In this document: piece after piece, positions 1 through 10,330 of the stretch
Layout: each line of letters starts with the position of its first letter
Position numbering within the stretch: the first letter of the stretch is position 1
Source: Candidatus Latescibacterota bacterium
GTDB lineage: Bacteria; Latescibacterota; UBA2968; GCA-2709665
Direction: 5' to 3'
Assembly (NCBI GenBank): GCA_965219455.1
Contig: OZ244744.1
Span: 2,144,001 to 2,208,000 of the forward strand
Length of the DNA stretch: 64,000 nucleotides
The notes under the pieces: generated by a model
The model's input: the letters and a program-made list of their open reading frames with translations, nothing else
Database searches by the model: none
What the model was told of the DNA's origin: nothing
Made by a program: the position numbers and the translations under genes

Positions 1-997
1 TTCCCCGTTCCGGATCTCCGAAACGCAGGTTGGTATACGCCACCCGTCCGCAATGCTCCATCAGGCGTTCGTTAATCGGCGTCAGGAACAACGGGTCACG
101 CCCCGTCCAGAATGCTCGCAGCGCCTCCTCATCCGGCAGTTCTTCGTCTTCCTCCATACTCTTTTTTCCGACCAGCATGAATACGGACATCATGAACTGC
201 TGTTGGCGCGGCGGCATCCGGCGCAATCCGTTCACATAGGCAGGATAGGCACGCTTGAATTCGTCCTGCGCCTGGTATGCCAACCCTAAAAAGAAATAAG
301 CGTCCGGATCGTCCGGGCGGCGTTTCAGGAAATCCTCGAATAGCAACGACATTTTGTCGGACATCTGGGCTTCGTAATACACCAATCCCAACAGAAGCAG
401 TGAAGGTCTGTGTTCCGGATCGACATTCAGCGCTCTGGTCAGATATCCGATCGCCTGATCCCGGTCTTCCTCCCCGAATCTTTCCAGACTGAACGATCTC
501 GTGCGGCGATTGCCTAAATCGTCGTACTGATAGTCGACCCGCTCGCCTTCCAGATACCGCGACATCTGCCAGGCGGCGTACCGGCCGGCCACGTACAGAG
601 CGCCGACGTGGTCCGGATTCAGGTCGATCGCCCTCATTGCATTCTTATAGGCGTGGCCCCTTCTGCCCAGGGCCCATAGCACGTTCGCATATTCAATGCG
701 AAAATCCATATTCGTTTTGTCTTTCCGCATCGCCCGCTGTAGCCAGGTAGAGGCCTGTCTGCGCGTACCCGGCGTCCTTTCATCGCTGTAAAGCCGAGCG
801 AGTTCGTACATTGCCCATCCGGTATCGTCGAACCGAATCGCATCCCTTATAAGCCTGACGCGTTTCTGGTATTCGATCGTGGTGTCCGACGCAGCCGCAA
901 GGAGCGAATCCACCCGCATCGAAACCGCTCTGGCGGCTTCGATGGGCGCCGCACAGACCAGAACGGCCCCCACAATCACATAAGCCAATGGCCGCAT
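1..997 (-). CDS. TPR-repeat, GWxTD-domain protein (partial, runs off the window start)
   Basis: Not in the ORF track; translated by hand. AGGAGG RBS, ATG at 997, signal-like MRPLAYVIVGAVLVCAA, TPR-like helices (ALNVDPEHRPSLLLLGLVYY, PDDPDAYFFLGLAY) and FWTGRDPLFLTPINERLMEHCGRVAYTNLRF, the segment that precedes the GWxTD motif. Confidence 0.8.
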   Translation of the reverse strand, partial: MRPLAYVIVGAVLVCAAPIEAARAVSMRVDSLLAAASDTTIEYQKRVRLIRDAIRFDDTGWAMYELARLYSDERTPGTRRQASTWLQRAMRKDKTNMDFRIEYANVLWALGRRGHAYKNAMRAIDLNPDHVGALYVAGRYAAWQMSRYLEGERVDYQYDDLGNRRTRSFSLERFGEEDRDQAIGYLTRALNVDPEHRPSLLLLGLVYYEAQMSDKMSLLFEDFLKRRPDDPDAYFFLGLAYQAQDEFKRAYPAYVNGLRRMPPRQQQFMMSVFMLVGKKSMEEDEELPDEEALRAFWTGRDPLFLTPINERLMEHCGRVAYTNLRFGDPERG

Positions 998-1058
998 ACT
1001 CCCTCCTGAAGGTGGCTCCCAACGTCGCGAAATCTGTAACAACGCAATAAATGGCAGT

Positions 1059-1087
1059 TTGACAATGAAATAAATGCCCGGTATCAT
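1059..1087 (+). promoter_or_regulatory. sigma70-type promoter upstream of the catabolic cluster
   Basis: TTGACA-17 bp-TATCAT, 180 bp upstream of the ATG at 1267. Confidence 0.6.
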
Positions 1088-1266
1088 GTATACGAACGAT
1101 CCGTTGAAAAGTTCTCTGCCAATTCCACCTGACCCCCATCTCAACTGGAATATACGCCGGGAATGAATTATGTTACGGCGTCCCGCTCTTGAGGACGTGT
1201 AATCCGGGCCGGAGTTGCAAATCGGCTGCCACGTTCCAATAGAAACTGCTATCCGCGGAGAATTCC

Positions 1267-2337
1267 ATGTCCAACCCCTACAGCCAGCCGCCTGAGGTCA
1301 TCAACCGCTGGATCAACGATCGTCAACGACTGCTTCGAAATGAATCCGAAGACTTTCTTCGCAATGAAGTCCTGAACTACGGCCCGCGGCAGGCCGCGCA
1401 CTGGAATCGGGACTACAGCTCGGTTGAAGCCTTTGAAAGTTCAGTCGAAGCCAACCGACGCCGCTGGCAGAAAACGATCGGCATCTTTGAGTACGACGGC
1501 ACCCAACTCGAACCGGTACTCGATCCGTGGTACGAAGACGACACGTTTACCGCGTGGTGGCTTACCATCGGATTATCGGGCAATCTGAAGGGCCGCGGAA
1601 TACTCGCCCTGCCCAAAGGCAAGGACGATCCTGTCCCGCTTGTCATCGCCCAGCACGGTATCGGATCGTCGCCTGAAAAGGCATTTGGCCTGGACGACCC
1701 GGGCGATCTGTACAAATCCTACGGTCGTCGCCTGGCGGAGGAGGGGTTTGCCGTCATCGCTCCGATGAATATCTCGGGCGCCTCTCCTCGAGCCCGGCAG
1801 GAACGCCTCTGCAAGCTCCTGGGCAAAACCCTTTGGGGCCTCGAGATCTACCGTACCCGGCGCCTCCTGGACTACCTGGAAACCCGCCCTGAAATCGATA
1901 CCAAACGCACAGCCATGTATGGCATCAGCCTCGGCGGCGCCTACACCATGTTCACAACCCCGATCGAACCCCGCATCAGGGCCGCCGTGGTGTGCGCCTG
2001 GTTCAACCACAGGCGTAATAAAATGGCCGTGGACGACCCCCGGTACAGCTGCTTTCTCTCTGTTAACGAAGAACATGTATGGATTCCCGGCTGGCTGAGC
2101 GCGTTCACCGACAGCGACCTGGTTTCACTCATCTGTCCCCGTCCCCTGCTGGTAGAGCAGGGCAAAGCCGACGGAATCGCCTGGTGGCCCATGATGCTGG
2201 AGGAGTATCACCTGGCCCGCGAACACTACGCCAGACTCGGATTATCCGAAAGTATCGAAATTGACCTTCACGAAGGCGGCCACGAGATTCGGCTCGACAA
2301 GAGCCTTCAATTTCTCAAGAAATGGTTGGCGCTGTAG
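1267..2337 (+). CDS. alpha/beta hydrolase (dienelactone hydrolase / acetyl xylan esterase-like)
   Basis: Nucleophile elbow GISLGG, HGIG, C-terminal GGHE catalytic His. Confidence 0.8.
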   Translation: MSNPYSQPPEVINRWINDRQRLLRNESEDFLRNEVLNYGPRQAAHWNRDYSSVEAFESSVEANRRRWQKTIGIFEYDGTQLEPVLDPWYEDDTFTAWWLTIGLSGNLKGRGILALPKGKDDPVPLVIAQHGIGSSPEKAFGLDDPGDLYKSYGRRLAEEGFAVIAPMNISGASPRARQERLCKLLGKTLWGLEIYRTRRLLDYLETRPEIDTKRTAMYGISLGGAYTMFTTPIEPRIRAAVVCAWFNHRRNKMAVDDPRYSCFLSVNEEHVWIPGWLSAFTDSDLVSLICPRPLLVEQGKADGIAWWPMMLEEYHLAREHYARLGLSESIEIDLHEGGHEIRLDKSLQFLKKWLAL

Positions 2338-2424
2338 CCGGTACCCTGCGGATTGCCGGATTTCGTTTTGCATGTTGACGGCTGAACCGGACATTCCAAA
2401 ATACACAACGCAAAGGAAAAAAAC

Positions 2425-3423
2425 ATGGTTAAACTTGGTGTCTTCGGATGCGCAGGCATTGCGACCCATCAGCTGAGTTCCGTCTGGGACGACAATCGTT
2501 TCGACGTGGTCGCCGGCGCGGACGTCCGTCCGGCGCAACTCGACGTATTCAGGGAAAAATTCGACATGCGGCACGGGTACACCGACTACCGGGTTCTGCT
2601 TGCCGAAGCCGATATCGAAGCCGTCATGATCTGTGCGCCCACCTTCCTCCATCCGGAAATGGCCATCGCCTCCGCGGAGGCCGGCAAACATATCTTCTGC
2701 CAGAAACCCATGGCAATGAACGCTTACGATTGTTACCGTATGATCCAGACCTGCCGCAAATATAACGTCAAACTCCAGATCGGTTTCGTACGGCGTTTCG
2801 ACAACGACTGGGGCACGGTCAAAAGGGTCGTCGACTCCGGCCGGCTGGGAAGCCCTGTTCTCTGGCGCCAAACCGCCGGGGGCTCGCCCCCGGGCAGCCC
2901 GTTCTTTATGGACCGCTTTCAGGGCGGCGGGCCGATGATCGACGGAATGGTCCACAACTACGACTTCGCGGTCCACTGTTTCGGCAAACCCGTGGAAGTC
3001 AAATCCATGCCTATGAAAATCCACCACACGTCCACGGCCTGGGATACCGGCACCGTCCTCGTCCGCTTTGAACGGGGCGATGCCCTCATGTGCTCCTGGA
3101 CCTGGGGACTGCCGGCCGGCGTTCGCACCGGAGGCGGCACGGACATCATCGGTCCCAATGGTGTGCTCTTATTTCCCGGAAACTACGATCCGAAAAAAAC
3201 CGAAAACAAATACGACGCCGACACCCAGGGCGCTTACCACCTATCCATGGCCGATGGCGAAGAGGAAGTCATCCCCTTCAAAAAGAAAAACATGTTTCGG
3301 GATGAGATGCTGCATTTCGCCGATTGGGTTCAGAGTGGCGCCGATCCGCTCGTCACAGGTGAAAACGGTCTGTGCGCCACCCGAATCGCCGAACTCGCGC
3401 TCAACGGCGGAGGTCTGTATTAG
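2425..3423 (+). CDS. Gfo/Idh/MocA family oxidoreductase
   Basis: GVFGCAGIA Rossmann loop, HIFCQKPMA, GFVRRF, GGGPMID..VH. Confidence 0.9.
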   Translation: MVKLGVFGCAGIATHQLSSVWDDNRFDVVAGADVRPAQLDVFREKFDMRHGYTDYRVLLAEADIEAVMICAPTFLHPEMAIASAEAGKHIFCQKPMAMNAYDCYRMIQTCRKYNVKLQIGFVRRFDNDWGTVKRVVDSGRLGSPVLWRQTAGGSPPGSPFFMDRFQGGGPMIDGMVHNYDFAVHCFGKPVEVKSMPMKIHHTSTAWDTGTVLVRFERGDALMCSWTWGLPAGVRTGGGTDIIGPNGVLLFPGNYDPKKTENKYDADTQGAYHLSMADGEEEVIPFKKKNMFRDEMLHFADWVQSGADPLVTGENGLCATRIAELALNGGGLY

Positions 3424-3516
3424 CCCGGGGAGCGTGCGCGGCAATCAGGAACTGTCAGAGAAAGTCATCGTAACGCTTGAACGGATGTCCGACCGTTAAA
3501 AGATTAAGAGTTATAC

Positions 3517-4401
3517 ATGACCCTGGTGCGTATCGCCCTGGCGCAGACACGCCAAACTGCGGACCGAGAGGACAACCGCCGCGCCATTCTCGAAGCCATC
3601 GACCTCGCGGCCTCCCGGAACGTGCAAATCCTGTGTTTTCCCGAGACCCAGACGATTGGCTACCGGGTAGACATTGCTTCCGCCGACGCACCCGTGCCCG
3701 TCGCCTGGCTCAATGAGGTTCACGGCGAGGTTGCAGCACGATGCGCGAAGCACGGCATAGCCTGCATCCTGGGTACCGAAATGGCCTCCGATGGCGGAAA
3801 GCCGTACAACACCGCTCTCGTGATCGATAAAGATGGGAATGTCCAGGGTATGCACCATAAGACAATGCTGACGCCACTGGACGCAATGGCCTACGAACGG
3901 GGAAACGGGCAGCACGCGTTCAATCTTTCTGGCGTGCGCATTGGCGTGGTCATCTGCTTCGAGGCACTGCGCTTTGCGGAGACGACAGCCGAATGCGTAC
4001 GCCGCGGCGCCCAGGTCGTCTTCCATCCGCAGAACAACACGACCCGTCCCAACGACTGGAAAATCCCCATTCACCACGCGATGATCGTCACTCGCGCAGC
4101 CGAGAACACCGTTTGGTTCGCTTCTTGCAACGCCTGCCTCCCACACCAGAACAGCCGCAGCCTGATTGTAGCCCCCGACGGCCGCATACACGGGCAGACG
4201 GATCTGAAACAGGAGGAATTGTTGGTACGTGACATCGACATCCGGAAGGCAACGCGTGCGATGTTCCGCCTGGGAGAAGACGGCTCAGCCGAGGGGGCGG
4301 TGGAACACAGCGCAAGCCTGCTGTTCGCCGACACGGTGAAGCCGGAAGAGTATGCCGCCGCGCTCGATGTGAACAATTCCCCATCCGGGGCATCGCAATG
4401 A
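3517..4401 (+). CDS. carbon-nitrogen hydrolase (nitrilase family)
   Basis: E-K-C triad motifs FPE, HHK and ICFE; RAAEN. Confidence 0.9.
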   Translation: MTLVRIALAQTRQTADREDNRRAILEAIDLAASRNVQILCFPETQTIGYRVDIASADAPVPVAWLNEVHGEVAARCAKHGIACILGTEMASDGGKPYNTALVIDKDGNVQGMHHKTMLTPLDAMAYERGNGQHAFNLSGVRIGVVICFEALRFAETTAECVRRGAQVVFHPQNNTTRPNDWKIPIHHAMIVTRAAENTVWFASCNACLPHQNSRSLIVAPDGRIHGQTDLKQEELLVRDIDIRKATRAMFRLGEDGSAEGAVEHSASLLFADTVKPEEYAAALDVNNSPSGASQ

Positions 4402-6443
4402 CCACTCGAACCCTCCTGATGCTGGCCGTTCTCCTCTGCACGGCGCCAACCCTGTATGCACAGGGCGACGAAAACCCTCCCAACGTCGACTTCAACGACG
4501 ACGGCGTCGTCGACTTCCAGGATTTCATCCAGTTTGCACAAGCCTTCGGAACCAGGCAGACTCTATATGACCTGGACAGCGACGGCACTGTCGCCTTTGG
4601 AGACTTCCTGCTCTTCGTCCGGGCGTTCGGCCAGACCGGCGTCCCCATTCCTCAGATCCGCAATATCGGCATCCCTGTACGTTCCGTAAACTGGGTTCGT
4701 CTTCATCCGGGTCGAAACAGTGAGAACCGCCCACGTGTGTACGTTACTATGGGGCAACAGGCCGACAACCTGTTCGTCCTCCAGGTCGACCCCGAAACCG
4801 GCGACTTCCACCAGTTCGTCTCCCCGGTACCCCGCTCGAACTACCCCACCGCCACCCTGATGAGCCGGTCAGGACGCCTTTACATCGGTTCCGCGTATGC
4901 CGGCCATCTCCTCTGTTTCGATCCTCGCCAGAACGCCCTTCTGGATCTGGGCGCCATCAACCCGGGAGCCGCCACTTTCCCATGCCAAATCGACGAAGAT
5001 CAGAACGGTCGCATCTGGATCGGTAGTTATCCAGGAGCTGACCTTACGGTTTACGATCCAAAAACAGGCGAGTTCACACGCTACGGTCGCATGTCCAGCC
5101 TCGACAAGTACAACTATCCCCTGGTCGCCCCCGACGGAAAGATCGCTTGCCGCATCTGGCCGACACGGCCGCACGTCGTCGTCTTCGATCCCACCACGAA
5201 GGAAAGTTTCCTTGTCGGGCCGATAACATACAAGGGCCAGGGTACGCTTACTTTGGAAAGAAGAAAGGACGACAACCTCTACGTCATCACGTCGGACTAC
5301 GGCAATTTCCAGATTTCCGGCAACGTAGGGATTCCCGTTTCGAGTCTGCCGGGACGCATACCCCGGCCCACGCTGCCCGACGGCAGCACTTTCTTTTTCG
5401 CGGACGCCCGCCAGCAGATCAATCGCAAGCTGAGCATCCGCAGTCCGACAGGCCGCGTCAGATCGTTTGAACTGGACTACAGGGCCAGCGGCAGCGACAT
5501 TTTCTATATACACACCGGGCCGGACGGTCTTATCTACGGCTCCAGCATCCTGCCATTGCACCTCTTCAGATTTAACCCCATCTCCGGTGAAATGGTCGAC
5601 CTGGGCAAATGTTCCAGTTCCGGCGGCGAAGCCTATTCCATGGCAAACCTGGAAGGTAAACTATATATCTCCTCCTATCCGGCCGCTCGCATTTCAGTCT
5701 ACGACCCTTCACTCCCGTATCACTTTGGTTCAGGCCCGGACGACAACCCTCGTGAGTTGGGTCGGCTGGACGACATCTCCTACCGGCCCCGTTCCACGCT
5801 CGCCGGTCCAATGGGCAGGGTGTGGATCGCGTCTGTACCGGACTATGGCCGGTGGGGCGGCCCTCTCGCCTATTACGATCCCGAGACCGGTGCCAGAAAA
5901 TCCTACAAGCGCATCGCGGGGGACGCGAGTTGCTACACCCTCGCTCATCTGGAGCGCCAGAATCTCATCGCCGTGGGCACCAATATCCGCGGCGGCAGCG
6001 GGACGGATCCGAAAGTCAATGAAGCCACGCTCTTCCTCTGGGATTACCACGCCGAAGAAAAAGCCTGGGAGGGCACGATCGAAGGCCGAAGCGCACCCGT
6101 TTCGGTCTTCAATGCGTTACTCGCCGGGCCCGACGGCCTGCTTTATGGCACGGTTCGGGGCGGTGGAGTCGATGAACTCTTCGTGTTCGATCCAAACGCC
6201 CGCATCTTCACACACCGCATTACCCTGCCCGGCGGAAGGCCGCTGGACCTGGGCCTTCGGAACGGGCCGGACGGCAAAATCTACGGCTTCACCACGTCTC
6301 TCATCTACAGTCTCGACCCCTCCACCCGTCAGGTTGAGGAGGTCCTCAGCGTGGAAGATGGTATCCAAATCGCAGGGCCGATTCTGGACCAGGACATTTT
6401 CTTCGCGACCGGCGGGGTGCTTCGGTCGGCCAACATATTCTAA
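4398..6443 (+). CDS. secreted beta-propeller protein with N-terminal dockerin-like double EF-hand
   Basis: Signal peptide; DFNDDGVVDFQDFIQFAQAFG and DLDSDGTVAFGDFLLFVRAFG; repeated GPDGxIYG and YDP propeller blades; ATGA overlap with the nitrilase gene. Confidence 0.8.
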   Translation: MTTRTLLMLAVLLCTAPTLYAQGDENPPNVDFNDDGVVDFQDFIQFAQAFGTRQTLYDLDSDGTVAFGDFLLFVRAFGQTGVPIPQIRNIGIPVRSVNWVRLHPGRNSENRPRVYVTMGQQADNLFVLQVDPETGDFHQFVSPVPRSNYPTATLMSRSGRLYIGSAYAGHLLCFDPRQNALLDLGAINPGAATFPCQIDEDQNGRIWIGSYPGADLTVYDPKTGEFTRYGRMSSLDKYNYPLVAPDGKIACRIWPTRPHVVVFDPTTKESFLVGPITYKGQGTLTLERRKDDNLYVITSDYGNFQISGNVGIPVSSLPGRIPRPTLPDGSTFFFADARQQINRKLSIRSPTGRVRSFELDYRASGSDIFYIHTGPDGLIYGSSILPLHLFRFNPISGEMVDLGKCSSSGGEAYSMANLEGKLYISSYPAARISVYDPSLPYHFGSGPDDNPRELGRLDDISYRPRSTLAGPMGRVWIASVPDYGRWGGPLAYYDPETGARKSYKRIAGDASCYTLAHLERQNLIAVGTNIRGGSGTDPKVNEATLFLWDYHAEEKAWEGTIEGRSAPVSVFNALLAGPDGLLYGTVRGGGVDELFVFDPNARIFTHRITLPGGRPLDLGLRNGPDGKIYGFTTSLIYSLDPSTRQVEEVLSVEDGIQIAGPILDQDIFFATGGVLRSANIF

Positions 6444-6601
6444 CCCGTTTCAGGTGTGAACAATACCGGCATTCCCCGGTCGCTGCCGGGAGGGGTGGGC
6501 TTTTTCGAGTTGCATGGCCGCCTTTCAGGCGATATTGTAGGGCCTCGAGACAGCATTGTTGTCCTTGTGCCCGTATGTCACGTCTCACAGGGGTACACCG
6601 A

Positions 6602-7669
6602 ATGGCCCGGACAGCCTCGAAAAGAAAGCTCCGTATCGCCTTCATCGGCGCGGGAGGCATCGCCGGAACCCACATGCGTTGTTTCGCGGAGATGGACGAC
6701 GTAGAGATGATCGCCATGGCAGACATCTCGGAGACGGCTCTTGAACAGCGTTCGAAAGAATACGACATTGCCAATTGCTTTACGGACTACACAACCATGC
6801 TGCGAAAAGTCAAGCCCGATGCCGTAAGCATCTGCACGCCGAACGGCCTTCACGCCCCGACCACCATAGCCGCGCTTTCAGCGGGCGCTCACGTCATTGT
6901 CGAAAAGCCACTGGCCATGAATGCACGTGAGGGCAAAACCATGTTGGACGCAGCGGCAAAACACCGGCGCAAACTCGTCATCGGCTTTCAGCAACGCTTC
7001 GACCCCAAAACCCAATTCATCAAGAGAGCCGTGGACAGCGGCCGGCTGGGAAGGATACTTTTCGGCCGGGTGCAGGCCCTGCGCAGACGCGGCATTCCCA
7101 ACTGGGGTGTTTTCGGCCGCAAGGAACTCCAGGGTGGCGGTCCGCTCGTCGACATCGGTGTACACGTGCTGGAAGCCGTCCACTACATCATGGGCTCACC
7201 TACACCCGTCGCAGCCAGTGGAAATGTCTTTACCTACCTCGGAAACAGAAAATCAGAAACGGCCTGCAGGTGGCCGGACTGGGATCACAAGACCTACACC
7301 GTCGAAGACCTTGCGGTGGGCCAGGTCCGCTTTGACGGCGGCGGCGTCATTCACGTTGAATCCAGTTTTGCCGCCCACATACCGGCCGACGTATGGAACT
7401 TTCAACTCTTTGGCGAACGAGGCGGCGTCACCTGGGATCCTCTCTCGATCGCGCGGGATGACAACGGATACATGGTAAACACCGAACCCGGCTGGTTGCC
7501 CAAATCCGATTTCGGATCCACCTTCGGCGCCAAACTTCGCAACTTTGTAGACCATGTCCTTCACGACAAACCCACTCTTGCACCCGCCGAACATGGCCTG
7601 ATGGTTCAACAAATGATGGACGCCATTTACGAATCCGCCGAAAAGGGACGTGAAGTTGGCATCGATTGA
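6602..7669 (+). CDS. Gfo/Idh/MocA family oxidoreductase
   Basis: IGAGGIA, VEKPLA, GGGPLVDIGVH. Start placed at ATG 6602 (alternative 6575). Confidence 0.9.
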   Translation: MARTASKRKLRIAFIGAGGIAGTHMRCFAEMDDVEMIAMADISETALEQRSKEYDIANCFTDYTTMLRKVKPDAVSICTPNGLHAPTTIAALSAGAHVIVEKPLAMNAREGKTMLDAAAKHRRKLVIGFQQRFDPKTQFIKRAVDSGRLGRILFGRVQALRRRGIPNWGVFGRKELQGGGPLVDIGVHVLEAVHYIMGSPTPVAASGNVFTYLGNRKSETACRWPDWDHKTYTVEDLAVGQVRFDGGGVIHVESSFAAHIPADVWNFQLFGERGGVTWDPLSIARDDNGYMVNTEPGWLPKSDFGSTFGAKLRNFVDHVLHDKPTLAPAEHGLMVQQMMDAIYESAEKGREVGID

Positions 7670-7806
7670 TAGGGTGCGCGGATCAGCGTTTCGCGTTCCT
7701 GGTCCAGGGGCTGAACGAAGGACGACGCCTCTTACGGAGAGGCGGAATTCGATCCGTTCGGACATCAAAATACCTTTTTCACTTCCCATACGGCATGGAA
7801 ATACCG

Positions 7807-9198
7807 ATGAATACCGATGACCTCGTGGCCGCATCGCGCCACCTCTGGCAGAACTATTTCCACGGCGCGCAGCCCGAAAAACGACCCATGACGATTACCC
7901 ATGGCAAAGGCCTCTACATTTACGACGCCGAGGGTAACGAATACCTGGACACCTTTGCCTCCCTGCTCACGACGCTGTGCGGCCACGGTCGATCGGAAGT
8001 CATCGACGCGGTCAATAAACAGATGGGGAAATTGGCCTACTTTCCCGGCGAAAAGGACTACCTGATCGAGCCAGCCGTCAGACTGGCCGCAAAATTGGCC
8101 GAAATCGCGCCGGGAGACCTGTCCGTCTCATTCCTTGTCAACGACGGCTCGGAAGCCAACGAGGCGGCCATTAAACTGGCGCGCAGTTATTACTGGGCCA
8201 AAGGCGAAAAGAACCGCTTTAAGGTCATATTCCGCAGGGGCTCATATCACGGCGCCACCCTCGGAGCGCTCTCCGCCACCGGCCTTGCCGGTACTCGCGA
8301 GCCCTTTGAACCCCTGCTCCCGGGATTCACCCATGCCATGCCGGCGAATTGTTATCGCTGCGAACTCGGCCTGGATCCCGAAACCTGTGCGCTGGCCTGC
8401 CTGAAGAATCTGACATCCATCCTGGAATGGGAAGGGCCCCAATCCGTCGCCGCCGTCATTATGGACCCCATCCCCGGCTCAAATACGGGATTTCCCCTTC
8501 CCCCCGACGGATATTTGCAGGGCGTGCGCGACCTGTGTGATCGACACGGTATCCTGCTTATCTTCGATGAAATTCAGACCGGCTTCGGCCGCACCGGGAG
8601 GATGTTCGCCTGTGAGAACTGGAACGTCACCCCGGACATTATGACCGTCGCCAAGGGTTTCTCCGGGGGTTATCTACCAATCGGCGCCGCCATTGCAACC
8701 GAGGAGATCGCCGAATGCATTCGAAGGGCCAGCACGGGATTCCGACACATCCACACCTTCTCCGGCCACGCAGCCGCCTGCGCCGCCGCACTCGCCCATA
8801 TCGAAGTCATCCAGAACGAAAACCTTGTGCAACGCGCCGCCGAACTGGGCGATTATCTGCAGAGGCGGTTGGACGAACTCTACCAGTATCCTCTGGTGGG
8901 AAGTATCCGCGGTCTCGGCACCCTCTGGGCCGTCGAACTCGTGGCGAACCGGGAAACCAGGTCGCCTCTGGACCCTGCGGGAAAAGCTGGCGGCTTTATC
9001 GCCGATTACTGCCGGAAATCCGGCGTGATCCTGCGCAACAACGGCGACATCCTTGTCCTGGCTCCCGCCCTCGTGATGACCTTCGCGCAGGCAGACAGGA
9101 TTTTCAACCTGCTGCATAGCGCCATTGATTCTGCGTTGAGACATTGTGAACAGAAAGAAGACCGCCTCCAGTGGATCAAGGAAGAGACCGGGAATTAG
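7807..9198 (+). CDS. class III PLP-dependent aminotransferase
   Basis: GSEANEAAIK, SYHG, FDEIQTGFGRTG, AKG (PLP lysine), HTFSGH. Start approximate (7795 or 7807). Confidence 0.9.
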   Translation: MNTDDLVAASRHLWQNYFHGAQPEKRPMTITHGKGLYIYDAEGNEYLDTFASLLTTLCGHGRSEVIDAVNKQMGKLAYFPGEKDYLIEPAVRLAAKLAEIAPGDLSVSFLVNDGSEANEAAIKLARSYYWAKGEKNRFKVIFRRGSYHGATLGALSATGLAGTREPFEPLLPGFTHAMPANCYRCELGLDPETCALACLKNLTSILEWEGPQSVAAVIMDPIPGSNTGFPLPPDGYLQGVRDLCDRHGILLIFDEIQTGFGRTGRMFACENWNVTPDIMTVAKGFSGGYLPIGAAIATEEIAECIRRASTGFRHIHTFSGHAAACAAALAHIEVIQNENLVQRAAELGDYLQRRLDELYQYPLVGSIRGLGTLWAVELVANRETRSPLDPAGKAGGFIADYCRKSGVILRNNGDILVLAPALVMTFAQADRIFNLLHSAIDSALRHCEQKEDRLQWIKEETGN

Positions 9199-9264
9199 AG
9201 ACCGGACCTCCGCGAGACCCCAGGTGACGGCGCCTCCCCCTTCCTTCCGTGGGAGAAAAAGCCA

Positions 9265-10263
9265 ATGATGCCGCCGAAAGAAAAATGCCTCGATATGCTC
9301 CGAGGGATGTATCGCATCCGCTCGTTCGAAGAGCAGGTGAAAACTCACTACGATTATACCAGCTATCTTCGCGACAATCCCGAAAGCGAAGGGGTCATCT
9401 CCGGCGCGGCCCACCTGGCCATCGGCCAGGAAGCCGCCGAAGTCGGTGTCTGCGCCGCCCTCGAACCGGATGACTTCGTGGCCAGCACACACAGGGGTCA
9501 TGGCCATGCCATTGCCAAAGGCGCAGATCTCAAGCCGATGATGGCCGAGTTAATGGGGCGGAAACACGGGTACAGCGGCGGATGCGGAGGCTCCATGCAC
9601 ATCTTCAGTACCGAACTCGGACTGATTGGAGGCAACGGAATCGTGGGCGCTCAAATCCCCATCGCCACCGGCGCGGCTTTCTCCGCCAAATACCGTGGAA
9701 CACGTCAGGTGGCCGTCGCTTTTTTCAGTGAGGGGGCCGCCAATCAGGGCGCGTTTCACGAAGCCCTTAACATGGCCGCTCTCTGGGACCTCCCCGCGGT
9801 TTACGTCTGCGAAAACAACCTCTACGCCGCCACTACGCCCGCTACAATAACGCTCTCGCCTCCCGACGTTGCCGCCAGGGCGGCCGCTTACGATATGCCA
9901 GGATTCATCGTAGACGGCCAGGACATCCTCGCTGTGTTTAAAATCGTATCGGAGGCCGTTGCCAGAGCTCGCGCCGGAAACGGACCCACACTCGTCGAAT
10001 GCAAGACCTACCGCTTTGTGAGCCACGCAGGCGGCGGCCAATCCGCCCACAACAACCCCGAGGAGCTGGAGGTCTGGAAACGCAAAGATCCGATCGCCCT
10101 CTTCGAACGCAAGCTCACCGGCGCCGGATACCTCACTGCCGAAGAGAGGCAAACCGTCATTTCCGAAGCCCGGTCGGAAGCCCGCGAGGCCGTCGCCTAC
10201 GGCAAACGATCTCCCTATCCTGAATTCGAAGATATGCCCGTTACCTCAGGGGTCGCCCTGTAG
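9265..10263 (+). CDS. TPP-dependent dehydrogenase E1 alpha subunit (acetoin/pyruvate dehydrogenase-like)
   Basis: HLAIGQEA, STHRGHGH, GGSMH, (S)EGA..ENN TPP motif, TYRF. Confidence 0.9.
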   Translation: MMPPKEKCLDMLRGMYRIRSFEEQVKTHYDYTSYLRDNPESEGVISGAAHLAIGQEAAEVGVCAALEPDDFVASTHRGHGHAIAKGADLKPMMAELMGRKHGYSGGCGGSMHIFSTELGLIGGNGIVGAQIPIATGAAFSAKYRGTRQVAVAFFSEGAANQGAFHEALNMAALWDLPAVYVCENNLYAATTPATITLSPPDVAARAAAYDMPGFIVDGQDILAVFKIVSEAVARARAGNGPTLVECKTYRFVSHAGGGQSAHNNPEELEVWKRKDPIALFERKLTGAGYLTAEERQTVISEARSEAREAVAYGKRSPYPEFEDMPVTSGVAL

Positions 10264-10274
10264 TGTCCCGTCCC
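10261..10274 (+). repeat. solo end of MITE family 1 overlapping the E1 alpha stop codon
   Basis: TAGTGTCCCGTCCC; the AGTGTCCCGTCCC part matches the terminus of the 52867 element. Confidence 0.45.
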
Positions 10275-10330
10275 AGTTCCAATCCGGATGGGTCAACCTG
10301 ATCCCGCGTTGGACAAATGGAGACCATTCA

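Noticed and set aside
7800-7820. 10-bp tandem AATACCGATG at the aminotransferase start
   Set aside because: Short, two copies only, no supportable function.
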